From positions 1 through 32,000 of the forward strand of contig CAYSNH010000001.1 of the NCBI GenBank assembly GCA_964432405.1: 32,000 nt of DNA, read 5' to 3'. Made by a program: the position numbers and the translations under genes. Under the pieces are notes generated by a model. It was given only the letters and a program-made list of their open reading frames with translations, was not told the DNA's origin and searched no databases. Positions 1 to 6,275 of this stretch are shown here, one piece after another. This stretch comes from an uncultured Candidatus Saccharibacteria bacterium. Lineage in GTDB: Bacteria; Patescibacteriota; Minisyncoccia; UBA6257; UBA11618. The stretch's first letter is position 1. Every line of letters starts with the position of its first letter.

Positions 1-1
1 T

Positions 2-229
2 GGTCAGTGCCCTGCGCCTCAGTGTGCTACTCATGAAAAAGGTTGCGTATATCTCAATTCTGATAAAAGAAATGCTGAGGGGTGTCTATTATATCCTTGT
101 AGTCAAAAGCTTTGCGACAAAAAAGCAGTGCAAGCCTGGTGTAAGGATGATGATGACGGTGGTGAACCAGGCCCAGGTGACGGTGATGGTGGTGAACCAG
201 GCCCAGGTGGCAGTGGTAATGGTTTTTAG
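2..229 (+). CDS. 3' end of a cysteine-rich secreted protein (5'-truncated by window edge) with an acidic Gly/Glu/Pro/Asp tail
   Basis: Frame 2 is open from the window edge to TAG at 227-229. It reads GQCPAPQCATHEKGCVYLNSDKRNAEGCLLYPCSQKLCDKKAVQAWCKDDDDGGEPGPGDGDGGEPGPGGSGNGF. It has 7 Cys and then an Asp/Gly-rich tail, the same architecture as the downstream 854-1585 protein. It is absent from the ORF track because it has no start codon in the window. Confidence 0.55.
   Translation, partial: GQCPAPQCATHEKGCVYLNSDKRNAEGCLLYPCSQKLCDKKAVQAWCKDDDDGGEPGPGDGDGGEPGPGGSGNGF
158..208 (+). repeat. Two perfect 21-bp coding repeats (ggtggtgaaccaggcccaggt), 30 bp apart
   Basis: Copies read directly at 158-178 and 188-208. 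Each encodes GGEPGPG in the tail of the partial Cys-rich protein. Confidence 0.85.
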
Positions 230-260
230 TAGTAATAGTTCAATCACTAAAAAATATTTG

Positions 261-266
261 TATTAT
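261..266 (+). promoter_or_regulatory. Possible -10 box (TATTAT) placed for a leaderless transcript of the 274 gene
   Basis: TATTAT ends 7 nt before ATG 274. No Shine-Dalgarno motif lies between. The same geometry occurs at 1660 and 2234. Confidence 0.3.
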
Positions 267-273
267 TAAAAGA

Positions 274-861
274 ATGAAAGTAGGTCATAAAGGTTATTCT
301 TCAAATAAAAATCTATTTTGGACGGTATTTAGCCTAATTATCTTAGGCCTTATCTTATTAATGGTCACTGGTACTCTTCAGTATCGACCTCAGCCATTAG
401 CAGCTGAAAATTGTTCTAATATTCAGGATGAACAGAGTTGCAAAAAAAGTTATAACTGCAAACTCAGCCCCACTGAAGGCTCTTGTTCTGTTATAGGTGA
501 AGTTGGGAAAAGTATAAAGTGCTCAACTAATGAAGATAGGCTACCAAAAGTAAGGAAGGAGGAGCGTTGCAAGCTTCTTCAAGGAAATCATCCATCTTGT
601 AGCTGGAATGGAACAACCTGTAAAGGCAATTATAGAATTCATAAAGGTTTTAAGCAATATTGTTTAAGTTTTAGCAGTGATGGTGGTGGAAAATTTAAAG
701 GCAAAAGGAATTGTGAGTATTATGGTGCTTGCAAATGGACAAGTAAGTGCATAGATAGAGAGCCTGAAAATCCTAAAGCAAAGTTCTGCAAAGGTGAAGG
801 AGTGTATTTTGATAAGGGAGAGGGAAAATGTAAGTGTAAAAAGCTTCTAGAAAATGGATAA
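274..861 (+). CDS. Cysteine-rich membrane-anchored/secreted protein (195 aa), unknown family
   Basis: N-terminal hydrophobic anchor NLFWTVFSLIILGLILLMVTG, then a lysine-rich ectodomain with about 15 Cys. It contains repeated C-x(6-12)-C-x-W-x(3,4)-C modules (RCKLLQGNHPSCSWNGTTC, NCEYYGACKWTSKC). It is a paralog of the next gene. Confidence 0.7.
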   Translation: MKVGHKGYSSNKNLFWTVFSLIILGLILLMVTGTLQYRPQPLAAENCSNIQDEQSCKKSYNCKLSPTEGSCSVIGEVGKSIKCSTNEDRLPKVRKEERCKLLQGNHPSCSWNGTTCKGNYRIHKGFKQYCLSFSSDGGGKFKGKRNCEYYGACKWTSKCIDREPENPKAKFCKGEGVYFDKGEGKCKCKKLLENG

Positions 862-1585
862 AATGAAAAAAAATAAAAATAGCTTTTGGACAATCTTTTC
901 AATTGTTGTTGTTATTTTTGTTCTCTTAGTCGCCTCTGGCAAAATACAACTCAATCAACCAACTCAGGCTGAAGCGGGCGAAGATAGATGCGAAGATGCT
1001 TGTGGTGAAGGAACAGAATGCAAGTTAATAGAACCAGATAATCAAAATTCAAAAGCTCCGTCACGCTTTATGTGCGTCTGTATAGATGACGACCAAGACG
1101 ATGATGACGACCAAAAAACTAAGGAATGCTCCGACTTCCTTAATCAAAATCTTGATGATAAAATGGGGGAAGCTTTGTGCGAAAAGTCCTCTAAAAAAGA
1201 AAATTTATCTTGTGCATATAAGCATAGTACTTGTACCTCAGGTAATCGTAAATTTAAAAAACGTTGTGAAAAATTATCAAACTTAGGTGAAAAAAGGTGT
1301 GTGTCAGCTATCTTGCATGGTAAAGACAACCAGTGCGAGTGGACTAAGTCAAGCTGCACTGATAAAAATGATGATGGTGATAAACCAGGTGATGGTGATA
1401 AACCAGGTGGTGGTGGCGGTGATAAGCCAGATGGCAATGGCGATGATGGCAATGGAGGTGATGGTAATGGAGATGACGGTGATAAACCAGATGGCAATGG
1501 CAATGACGATGGCAATGACGATGGCAATGACGATGGCAATGACGATGATGATGGCAATGGCGATGACAATGACCCTGCCTTGTAA
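854..1585 (+). CDS. Cysteine-rich membrane-anchored/secreted protein (243 aa) with a poly-acidic D/G/N/K/P repeat tail
   Basis: The anchor NSFWTIFSIVVVIFVLLVASG shares the FWT[VI]FS motif with the upstream paralog. It has 13 Cys, including RCVSAILHGKDNQCEWTKSSC. The C-terminal tail of about 70 aa reads GDKPGDGDKPGGGGGDKPDGNGDDGNGG...DDGNDDGNDDGNDDDDGNGDDNDPAL. It overlaps the upstream gene by 8 nt. Confidence 0.75.
   Translation: MDKMKKNKNSFWTIFSIVVVIFVLLVASGKIQLNQPTQAEAGEDRCEDACGEGTECKLIEPDNQNSKAPSRFMCVCIDDDQDDDDDQKTKECSDFLNQNLDDKMGEALCEKSSKKENLSCAYKHSTCTSGNRKFKKRCEKLSNLGEKRCVSAILHGKDNQCEWTKSSCTDKNDDGDKPGDGDKPGGGGGDKPDGNGDDGNGGDGNGDDGDKPDGNGNDDGNDDGNDDGNDDDDGNGDDNDPAL
1373..1408 (+). repeat. 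2 x 18-bp perfect tandem coding repeat (gatggtgataaaccaggt = DGDKPG)
   Basis: Read directly: 1373-1390 and 1391-1408 are identical. Confidence 0.9.
1499..1546 (+). repeat. 4 x 12-bp perfect tandem coding repeat (ggcaatgacgat = GNDD)
   Basis: Read directly: units at 1499-1510, 1511-1522, 1523-1534 and 1535-1546. Flanking sequence holds degenerate versions of the same unit. Confidence 0.9.
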
Positions 1586-1616
1586 TATCACATTCGCTAA
1601 ATAAACAACTCAAAAC

Positions 1617-1641
1617 AACAGCCCTTCGGGGCTGTTTTGTT
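1617..1641 (+). terminator. Rho-independent terminator after the Cys-rich gene trio
   Basis: Stem AACAGCCC (1617-1624), loop TTCG, stem GGGCTGTT (1629-1636), followed by the T-rich run TTGTTATT. It lies about 30 nt after the TAA of the 854-1585 gene. Confidence 0.75.
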
Positions 1642-1659
1642 ATTCTCTTTCCCCTGCCA

Positions 1660-1665
1660 TATAAT
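1660..1665 (+). promoter_or_regulatory. Consensus -10 box TATAAT, leaderless geometry for the adenosyltransferase gene
   Basis: TATAAT at 1660-1665 ends 6 nt before ATG 1672. No SD is possible in that spacing. Confidence 0.4.
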
Positions 1666-1671
1666 TAATCC

Positions 1672-2226
1672 ATGTCTATCTTCTACACCGGCCAAGGCGA
1701 TACTGGGGAAAGCAATTTAGGAGGTGATAAGAAGGTTGATAAATCCTGTATTGAGATTGAAACTCTTAACGTTCTTGATGAGTTAAATAGTTTGATTGGT
1801 CTTGTTAAAACTCAAGCTCTTCCCGACTTTATTAAAGAAATGCTTGATAGTATTCAAGAAGATCTTTTCATTATTCAAGCTCATATTGGCTCTTTAATGT
1901 TTGAAACTAAATCCCCCTCTCCTAACTTTCTTCCTGATAAAGTTAATAAACTAGAAGAATGGTCTGATTATTTTGAAAAGAAAGTTCAGCCTGCTCGTGG
2001 TTTTGTCATTCCTGGTGCCACTGGTCCTTCAGCTTGGCTCCATTGGTTAAGAGCTGTTTCTCGTCGCACCGAATTATCAATAGTTCACCTCAACAAAACA
2101 ACTAACGGCAAGCTATCACCTGCCATTCTTGCCTATCATAATCGCCTCTCCAGCGTCTTTTATGCTATGGCTAGGTATTTAGTCAAAGAAGCTGGAAAAG
2201 AGGAAAAGAATCCTCTATATAAGTAA
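1672..2226 (+). CDS. pduO: ATP:cob(I)alamin adenosyltransferase, PduO/MMAB type
   Basis: The N-terminus IFYTGQGDTGESNLGGDKKVDKS...LDELNSLIGL matches the PduO-type signature (YT.TGD.G.T.L..G.RV.K....EAYG.VDELNS.lGl). FVIPGATGPSAWLHWLRAVSRRTE matches the FILPGG...LH.aRtvcRRAE region. The 184-aa length is typical. Confidence 0.85.
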   Translation: MSIFYTGQGDTGESNLGGDKKVDKSCIEIETLNVLDELNSLIGLVKTQALPDFIKEMLDSIQEDLFIIQAHIGSLMFETKSPSPNFLPDKVNKLEEWSDYFEKKVQPARGFVIPGATGPSAWLHWLRAVSRRTELSIVHLNKTTNGKLSPAILAYHNRLSSVFYAMARYLVKEAGKEEKNPLYK

Positions 2227-2230
2227 AGTT

Positions 2231-2239
2231 TGGTATAAT
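2231..2239 (+). promoter_or_regulatory. Extended -10 promoter TGGTATAAT, leaderless geometry
   Basis: TGnTATAAT at 2231-2239 ends 7 nt before ATG 2247. The identical 9-mer recurs on the minus strand at 20814-20822. Confidence 0.45.
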
Positions 2240-2246
2240 AAAATAT

Positions 2247-2477
2247 ATGGATTTTAACACCTTGCTCTCCGCCCCTGCTATGGATGGGGATACTGTAATT
2301 AGACTACTTCCCCTTCTCGTTTGGAGCATGGTCTGGAAAGGCATTGGTATGTGGCAAGCGGCCAAGAAAAGACATTTAAAATGGTTTATTGCTATTCTGG
2401 TTTTAAATACCGCGGGGATTCTTCCAATTGTATATACTCAGTTTTTTGCAAAAAAGGTCGGTAAAAAAAATAAATAA
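2247..2477 (+). CDS. Small two-TM membrane protein (76 aa), DUF5652-like (family name from memory, unverified)
   Basis: Two hydrophobic helices flank WKGIGMWQAAKKRHLKWF, followed by a basic C-terminus. Confidence 0.6.
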   Translation: MDFNTLLSAPAMDGDTVIRLLPLLVWSMVWKGIGMWQAAKKRHLKWFIAILVLNTAGILPIVYTQFFAKKVGKKNK

Positions 2478-2485
2478 AATAATAT

Positions 2486-2743
2486 ATGTTAAAAGAAAAA
2501 GCTTGGGCTAATGCTTTAGCCGTCACCACCGGTGTTATTTATATAGTCTTTTATGTCATCGATATGGTTGCAACTGAAATGTTTGCCTTTATCTTTAACG
2601 CTCAATTCTTGGGAGCTGATATCACCTCCCTTGTTCCTGAAATGAGCTTTGGTGGCTTCATTAGCGTCTTAATTACCGTCGTTATCACCGCTTGGATCAT
2701 GGGCTACATCTGGGCCAAAGTATACAACAAATTTGCTAAGTAA
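2486..2743 (+). CDS. Small membrane protein (85 aa), unknown function
   Basis: Two predicted TM helices (ALAVTTGVIYIVFYVI and GGFISVLITVVITAWIMGYIW). Tight spacing with its neighbours. Confidence 0.55.
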   Translation: MLKEKAWANALAVTTGVIYIVFYVIDMVATEMFAFIFNAQFLGADITSLVPEMSFGGFISVLITVVITAWIMGYIWAKVYNKFAK

Positions 2744-2745
2744 CT

Positions 2746-2940
2746 ATGATTGGTAAAAAAGCCTTTGCGCTCTCAGCAGCGATTGTATTTTCATTCGCTT
2801 TCTCTATTCATTTTCTTCGTGTTATTTATAACTGGGAAATGATTATTGGCGGCGTTGCTCTACCAATGTGGTTAAGTTGGATGGGGTTCATTCTTGCTGG
2901 GTTTCTCCTTATTCATGGATTTAAGTTTAGTAAAAAGTGA
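2746..2940 (+). CDS. Small membrane protein (64 aa), unknown function
   Basis: Two hydrophobic helices. The stop TGA overlaps the GTG start of truB (GTGA at 2937-2940), consistent with translational coupling. Confidence 0.5.
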   Translation: MIGKKAFALSAAIVFSFAFSIHFLRVIYNWEMIIGGVALPMWLSWMGFILAGFLLIHGFKFSKK

Positions 2941-3584
2941 GTAAGATATTTGCTGTCTATAAACCTAAAGGACCGACCTCTAATCAGATCTTAACCAAAA
3001 TCAGGAAAAGAACTGGCGTCAAAAAGGTTGGTCACGCAGGAACTCTCGACCCTCTAGCGCAGGGTGTTTTGGTAGTGGGAGTGGGTCGTGAGGCCACTAA
3101 ACAACTAGGAGTTATCGTGGCAAAAGAAAAAGAATATCTAGCCACTATTAGATTAGGTTGGACCAGCACTACCGATGATAACGAGGGCGAGAAAGAAAAA
3201 ACCAAGGATATAACCCTACCCCTGTTAGTTCATGTAAAGAATGTTTTAAAAAAATTCAAAGGAGAGATCGACCAAACTCCTCCAATCTATAGCGCTATCA
3301 AAATCAAGGGTCAGGAAGCCTATAAGTTAGCCCGCAAGGGCAAAGAGGTGAAAATGAAATCTCGAAAAGCCTTAATTAAGAAGATCTCTCTTATTAGCTA
3401 TAAATACCCTTATATAAAGATAAAAGTAGTTACCGGACCCGGAGTATATATTCGCTCTCTTGCTCGTGATATCGGCCAGGTTTTAGGCACTGGTGGCTAT
3501 CTTAGCAGCTTAGAAAGAACTCGAGTTGGCCAGTTCACTAAAAACAAAGCTCTCAAAATTAATCAAATCAACAAAGCTCTTTAA
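2937..3584 (+). CDS. truB: tRNA pseudouridine(55) synthase TruB, minimal form without PUA domain
   Basis: KPKGPTSNQIL...GHAGTLDPLAQGVLVVGVGREATK carries the TruB catalytic Asp motif (GTLDP). QTPPIYSAIKIKGQEAYKLARKG and YIRSLARDIG are also conserved TruB blocks. GTG start. At 215 aa it ends right after the catalytic domain. Confidence 0.9.
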   Translation: MSKIFAVYKPKGPTSNQILTKIRKRTGVKKVGHAGTLDPLAQGVLVVGVGREATKQLGVIVAKEKEYLATIRLGWTSTTDDNEGEKEKTKDITLPLLVHVKNVLKKFKGEIDQTPPIYSAIKIKGQEAYKLARKGKEVKMKSRKALIKKISLISYKYPYIKIKVVTGPGVYIRSLARDIGQVLGTGGYLSSLERTRVGQFTKNKALKINQINKAL

Positions 3585-3602
3585 TTTACCTCCCAATTGG
3601 TT

Positions 3603-3608
3603 TATAAT
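3603..3608 (+). promoter_or_regulatory. Possible -10 box TATAAT ahead of the + strand glycan operon
   Basis: TATAAT at 3603-3608 in the 54-nt gap between truB and the flavoenzyme gene, 30 nt before the TTG at 3639. Confidence 0.3.
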
Positions 3609-3638
3609 ACTACCACTTAAATCAACCCCATTGTTATT

Positions 3639-5090
3639 TTGAATAAACAAGGAGGAACTCTAATTATTGGCGCCGGTCCAGCCGGTCTCGCTGCTGCCAG
3701 CGAACTAGCTCAAGCCAAAAAAAACTTGGCAGTTATTGAAAAAGACGACCAAGTAGGTGGTTTAGCTAAAACTTATATTTTCCAGGAAGGGGAGTTTATA
3801 TTTCGAACCGACAATGGCCCTCATCGCTTCTTCTCTAAAAATCCTTATCTCTATAAATTTATCTCCAAACTCCTTCAGGAACAGTGGCTAGAAGTCCCTC
3901 GTCAAACCCGCCAATATATCGCCGGCAAGTTCTACGACTACCCTGTTCGCCCTCTCCAAGCTCTTGCTAACATCGGCCCTCTCAAAGCCCTTAATTTTAT
4001 ATACCTCTACTCCATCGCCCAGATTCAATACAAGCTACTCAAAAAACCTATTAAAAATTTTGAGGATTATATTATCGCTCACTTTGGTAAAGGATTGGGT
4101 CGTTTCAATATGATCAACTACACCGAAAAGATCTGGGGCGTACCAGCTAACACTATTCATGCTGATTGGGCCAAGCAAAGGATCAAAGGCCTTAGTATCG
4201 GATTATTAATCAAAGCCGCTCTCAAGAACCTACTCCAACCCTTTAAGACTAAACAGGTTAGAACCTTGGTAGATGTCTTCTATTATCCAGAATATGGCAC
4301 TGGTCTTATTTATGAAAAAATAAAAGAGGAGTTGATTGATCAGGGTCATCAGATCCACACCAAAGCCTATCCAACCGCTATTCATCATAACAACAATAGA
4401 ATCGATAGGGTTGTGGTAAGTAATTGTGGCATAGAAGAGGTCTATGAACCTGATTACCTAATAGAATCAATTCCCATCGAAAGCTTTCTTCAACTCCTTA
4501 ATCCCGCTCCACCTGCCGAAATCCAACAAGCTGCTAATAAAGTGAAGTATCGCCATCAGGTCTATCTATTCATCACTCTAGATAGAGATCAGGTCACTCG
4601 TGACCAATGGATCTATTTTCCAGAAACCAATATTCCTTTTGGTCGCATTAGTGAGATGAAAAACTTTAGTCAAAAAATGAGCCCCTTAGGCAAAACCTCT
4701 TTATTTGTCGAGTTCTTTTGTTTCAAAAATGATCATATCTGGAATAAATCTAAAGAGGAGTTATTAGCACTCACTATGAAATATCTTGAATCTTGGGGTT
4801 TTTGCCAAAGATCTGAGGTAATGGGCTGTCATTTGATAAAACAGGAGAAGGTCTATCCTATCTACGACACCAACTATCAAGATTACTTATCAATTATCAA
4901 AAACTATCTCAACCAATTTTCCAATCTATTCTATATCGGTCGACCTGGTCGCTTTCGTTACACCAATCAAGATCACTCTCTTGAAATGGGCATGTTAGCT
5001 GCCAGAAGCATTATCGACAACCAGCGGTATAATATAGATGATGTAGGTAAAGAACAGGAATATTATGAACGAGGCATCTGGAAGAAATAA
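3639..5090 (+). CDS. FAD-dependent oxidoreductase, UDP-galactopyranose-mutase-like / amine-oxidase fold
   Basis: N-terminal dinucleotide-binding motif LIIGAGPAGLAAASEL...IEKDDQVGG. The C-terminal blocks KVYPIYDTNYQDYL and GRPGRFRYTNQDHSLEMG resemble the YP.YD and GRlg.YrY.nMD motifs of Glf-type mutases (from memory). TTG start. Confidence 0.65.
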   Translation: MNKQGGTLIIGAGPAGLAAASELAQAKKNLAVIEKDDQVGGLAKTYIFQEGEFIFRTDNGPHRFFSKNPYLYKFISKLLQEQWLEVPRQTRQYIAGKFYDYPVRPLQALANIGPLKALNFIYLYSIAQIQYKLLKKPIKNFEDYIIAHFGKGLGRFNMINYTEKIWGVPANTIHADWAKQRIKGLSIGLLIKAALKNLLQPFKTKQVRTLVDVFYYPEYGTGLIYEKIKEELIDQGHQIHTKAYPTAIHHNNNRIDRVVVSNCGIEEVYEPDYLIESIPIESFLQLLNPAPPAEIQQAANKVKYRHQVYLFITLDRDQVTRDQWIYFPETNIPFGRISEMKNFSQKMSPLGKTSLFVEFFCFKNDHIWNKSKEELLALTMKYLESWGFCQRSEVMGCHLIKQEKVYPIYDTNYQDYLSIIKNYLNQFSNLFYIGRPGRFRYTNQDHSLEMGMLAARSIIDNQRYNIDDVGKEQEYYERGIWKK

Positions 5091-5466
5091 TCTAAGTTTA
5101 TTCTATTATTACGTCATTTTTGCTGGCATCGCTACGCTAGTGGACTTATCAATCCTCTACTCTCTCACTGAGTTTGGTAATGTGTGGTATTTTCACTCCG
5201 CTATTATTGGTTATTCTGCTGGCATGATAGTTAACTATGTACTCAACAAGTATTTCAATTTCAAAAACTACAGTAAAAGAATAATCTCTCAATTTGGCAT
5301 CTTTACTGCCGTAGCAATAGTGGGATTAGGCCTCAACCAGCTTATCATCTACCTCCTAGTGGAGTTTGCTGATATCTGGTACATGGCTGCCAAAATCATT
5401 GCTATCGGCATCGTGATGTTCTGGAGTTTTTTTGGTCACAAACAATTAACTTTCAAGCATGAGTAA
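5065..5466 (+). CDS. GtrA-family membrane protein
   Basis: 133 aa with four TM helices. FAGIATLVDLSILYSLTE and WSFFGHKQLTFK match the GtrA-like pattern (N-terminal ...DL.lLy.L and C-terminal ..F...r..vF). Confidence 0.75.
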   Translation: MNEASGRNNLSLFYYYVIFAGIATLVDLSILYSLTEFGNVWYFHSAIIGYSAGMIVNYVLNKYFNFKNYSKRIISQFGIFTAVAIVGLGLNQLIIYLLVEFADIWYMAAKIIAIGIVMFWSFFGHKQLTFKHE

Positions 5467-6274
5467 GCCAGATTTCATTGGTCTTGGAGCAATGAAGACT
5501 GGAACCACCTGGCTCCATCAATGCCTCTTAGAACATCCAGAAATAAACTTAGCTGAAAAAGAGTTGAATTTTTTTGGTGATCCAGCCACCTGGTCTAAAG
5601 GTTTTGATTGGTATGAAAAAAAACTTGAAAGCGATAAAAAAATAACAGGGGAGTTTTCGGTTTTTTATCTCGCCCACCCTTTTGTAGCTTCCAGAATTCA
5701 TGAGCGCTATCCAAATACTAAATTAATAGCCTGCCTACGCAACCCAATCGATCGCTCCTTCTCTCACTACCTACATGATCTTAGGTATGGTATTTTTGAT
5801 CAATCGCTAAGTTTTGGTGAAGCAATCAAGAAATTCCCTTATCTCATAGAAGAATCCCGCTACTCCGTCTTTATTAAAGAGTATTTGAAATACTTCTCAT
5901 CTCAACAGATATTACTCCTTATCTATGAAGACTCCCTACAAAACCCTCTTCAATATATTCAGTTGGTTTATAGGTTCTTAGGAGTTGATGATCAATTTAT
6001 TCCTCCCAGTCTTCACAAAAAAATTCATCCTAGCTACAAGCCCCACTTTAATTTATTAGAAAAATTCATCTATCGCAGATCTTTTATACGTCTTGTTAAA
6101 AAATATTGGTTGAGCAGAAAACTCGGCCGAGCAACCAGCCAGTTATTATTCAAGCTTAATAAAAAGCCTGCTGAGCTTTTAGATAGTGATAAAAAAACTT
6201 TGGAAATATATTTTCAGTCAGAAATTAAAGAATTAGAAAAAATGATCGATCGCCCGCTCACACAATGGTTATAA
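5459..6274 (+). CDS. PAPS-dependent sulfotransferase family protein
   Basis: 5'-PSB loop PDFIGLGAMKTGTTWL and 3'-PB motif LRNPIDRSFSHY. It is a paralog of the C-terminal half of the 30027-32000 protein. Confidence 0.8.
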   Translation: MSKPDFIGLGAMKTGTTWLHQCLLEHPEINLAEKELNFFGDPATWSKGFDWYEKKLESDKKITGEFSVFYLAHPFVASRIHERYPNTKLIACLRNPIDRSFSHYLHDLRYGIFDQSLSFGEAIKKFPYLIEESRYSVFIKEYLKYFSSQQILLLIYEDSLQNPLQYIQLVYRFLGVDDQFIPPSLHKKIHPSYKPHFNLLEKFIYRRSFIRLVKKYWLSRKLGRATSQLLFKLNKKPAELLDSDKKTLEIYFQSEIKELEKMIDRPLTQWL

Positions 6275-6275
6275 T

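Noticed and set aside
24-269. 81-aa ORF in the supplied track (MLLMKKVAYISIL...)
   Set aside because: It is out of frame with, and fully overlaps, a better candidate: the edge-truncated frame-2 ORF (2-229). That ORF's Cys-rich sequence and acidic tail are paralogous to the downstream genes. The 81-aa product (VMVVNQAQV repeats) is an off-frame reading of the GGEPGPG repeats.
1373-1546. Short tandem repeats as a possible CRISPR array or degenerate array
   Set aside because: The units are 12-18 bp, contiguous with no spacers, in frame within a coding region, and no cas genes are present.
1086-1613. Five overlapping ORFs on both strands, including a striking His/Cys-rich peptide (HCHRHCHRHCH..., 1344-1613 minus), an Ile-rich one (1349-1591 minus) and a Pro/Ser/Leu-rich one (1144-1569 minus)
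   Set aside because: All are alternative-frame or antisense readings of the GAT/GGC/AAT-type tandem repeats in the tail of the 854-1585 gene. Low-complexity repeats lacking stop codons keep every frame open. None has independent start or promoter context.
3649-3668. Perfect AAGGAGG at 3649-3655 inside the flavoenzyme ORF, 7 nt upstream of in-frame ATT codons (3663, 3666), suggesting a downstream non-canonical start
   Set aside because: ATT starts are very rare. The motif simply encodes Gln-Gly-Gly. The TTG at 3639 leaves a normal short lead-in (MNKQGGTL) before the IIGAGPAG Rossmann strand. Other genes here show weak or no SD, so an SD-based argument carries little weight. It remains unresolved without N-terminal proteomics.
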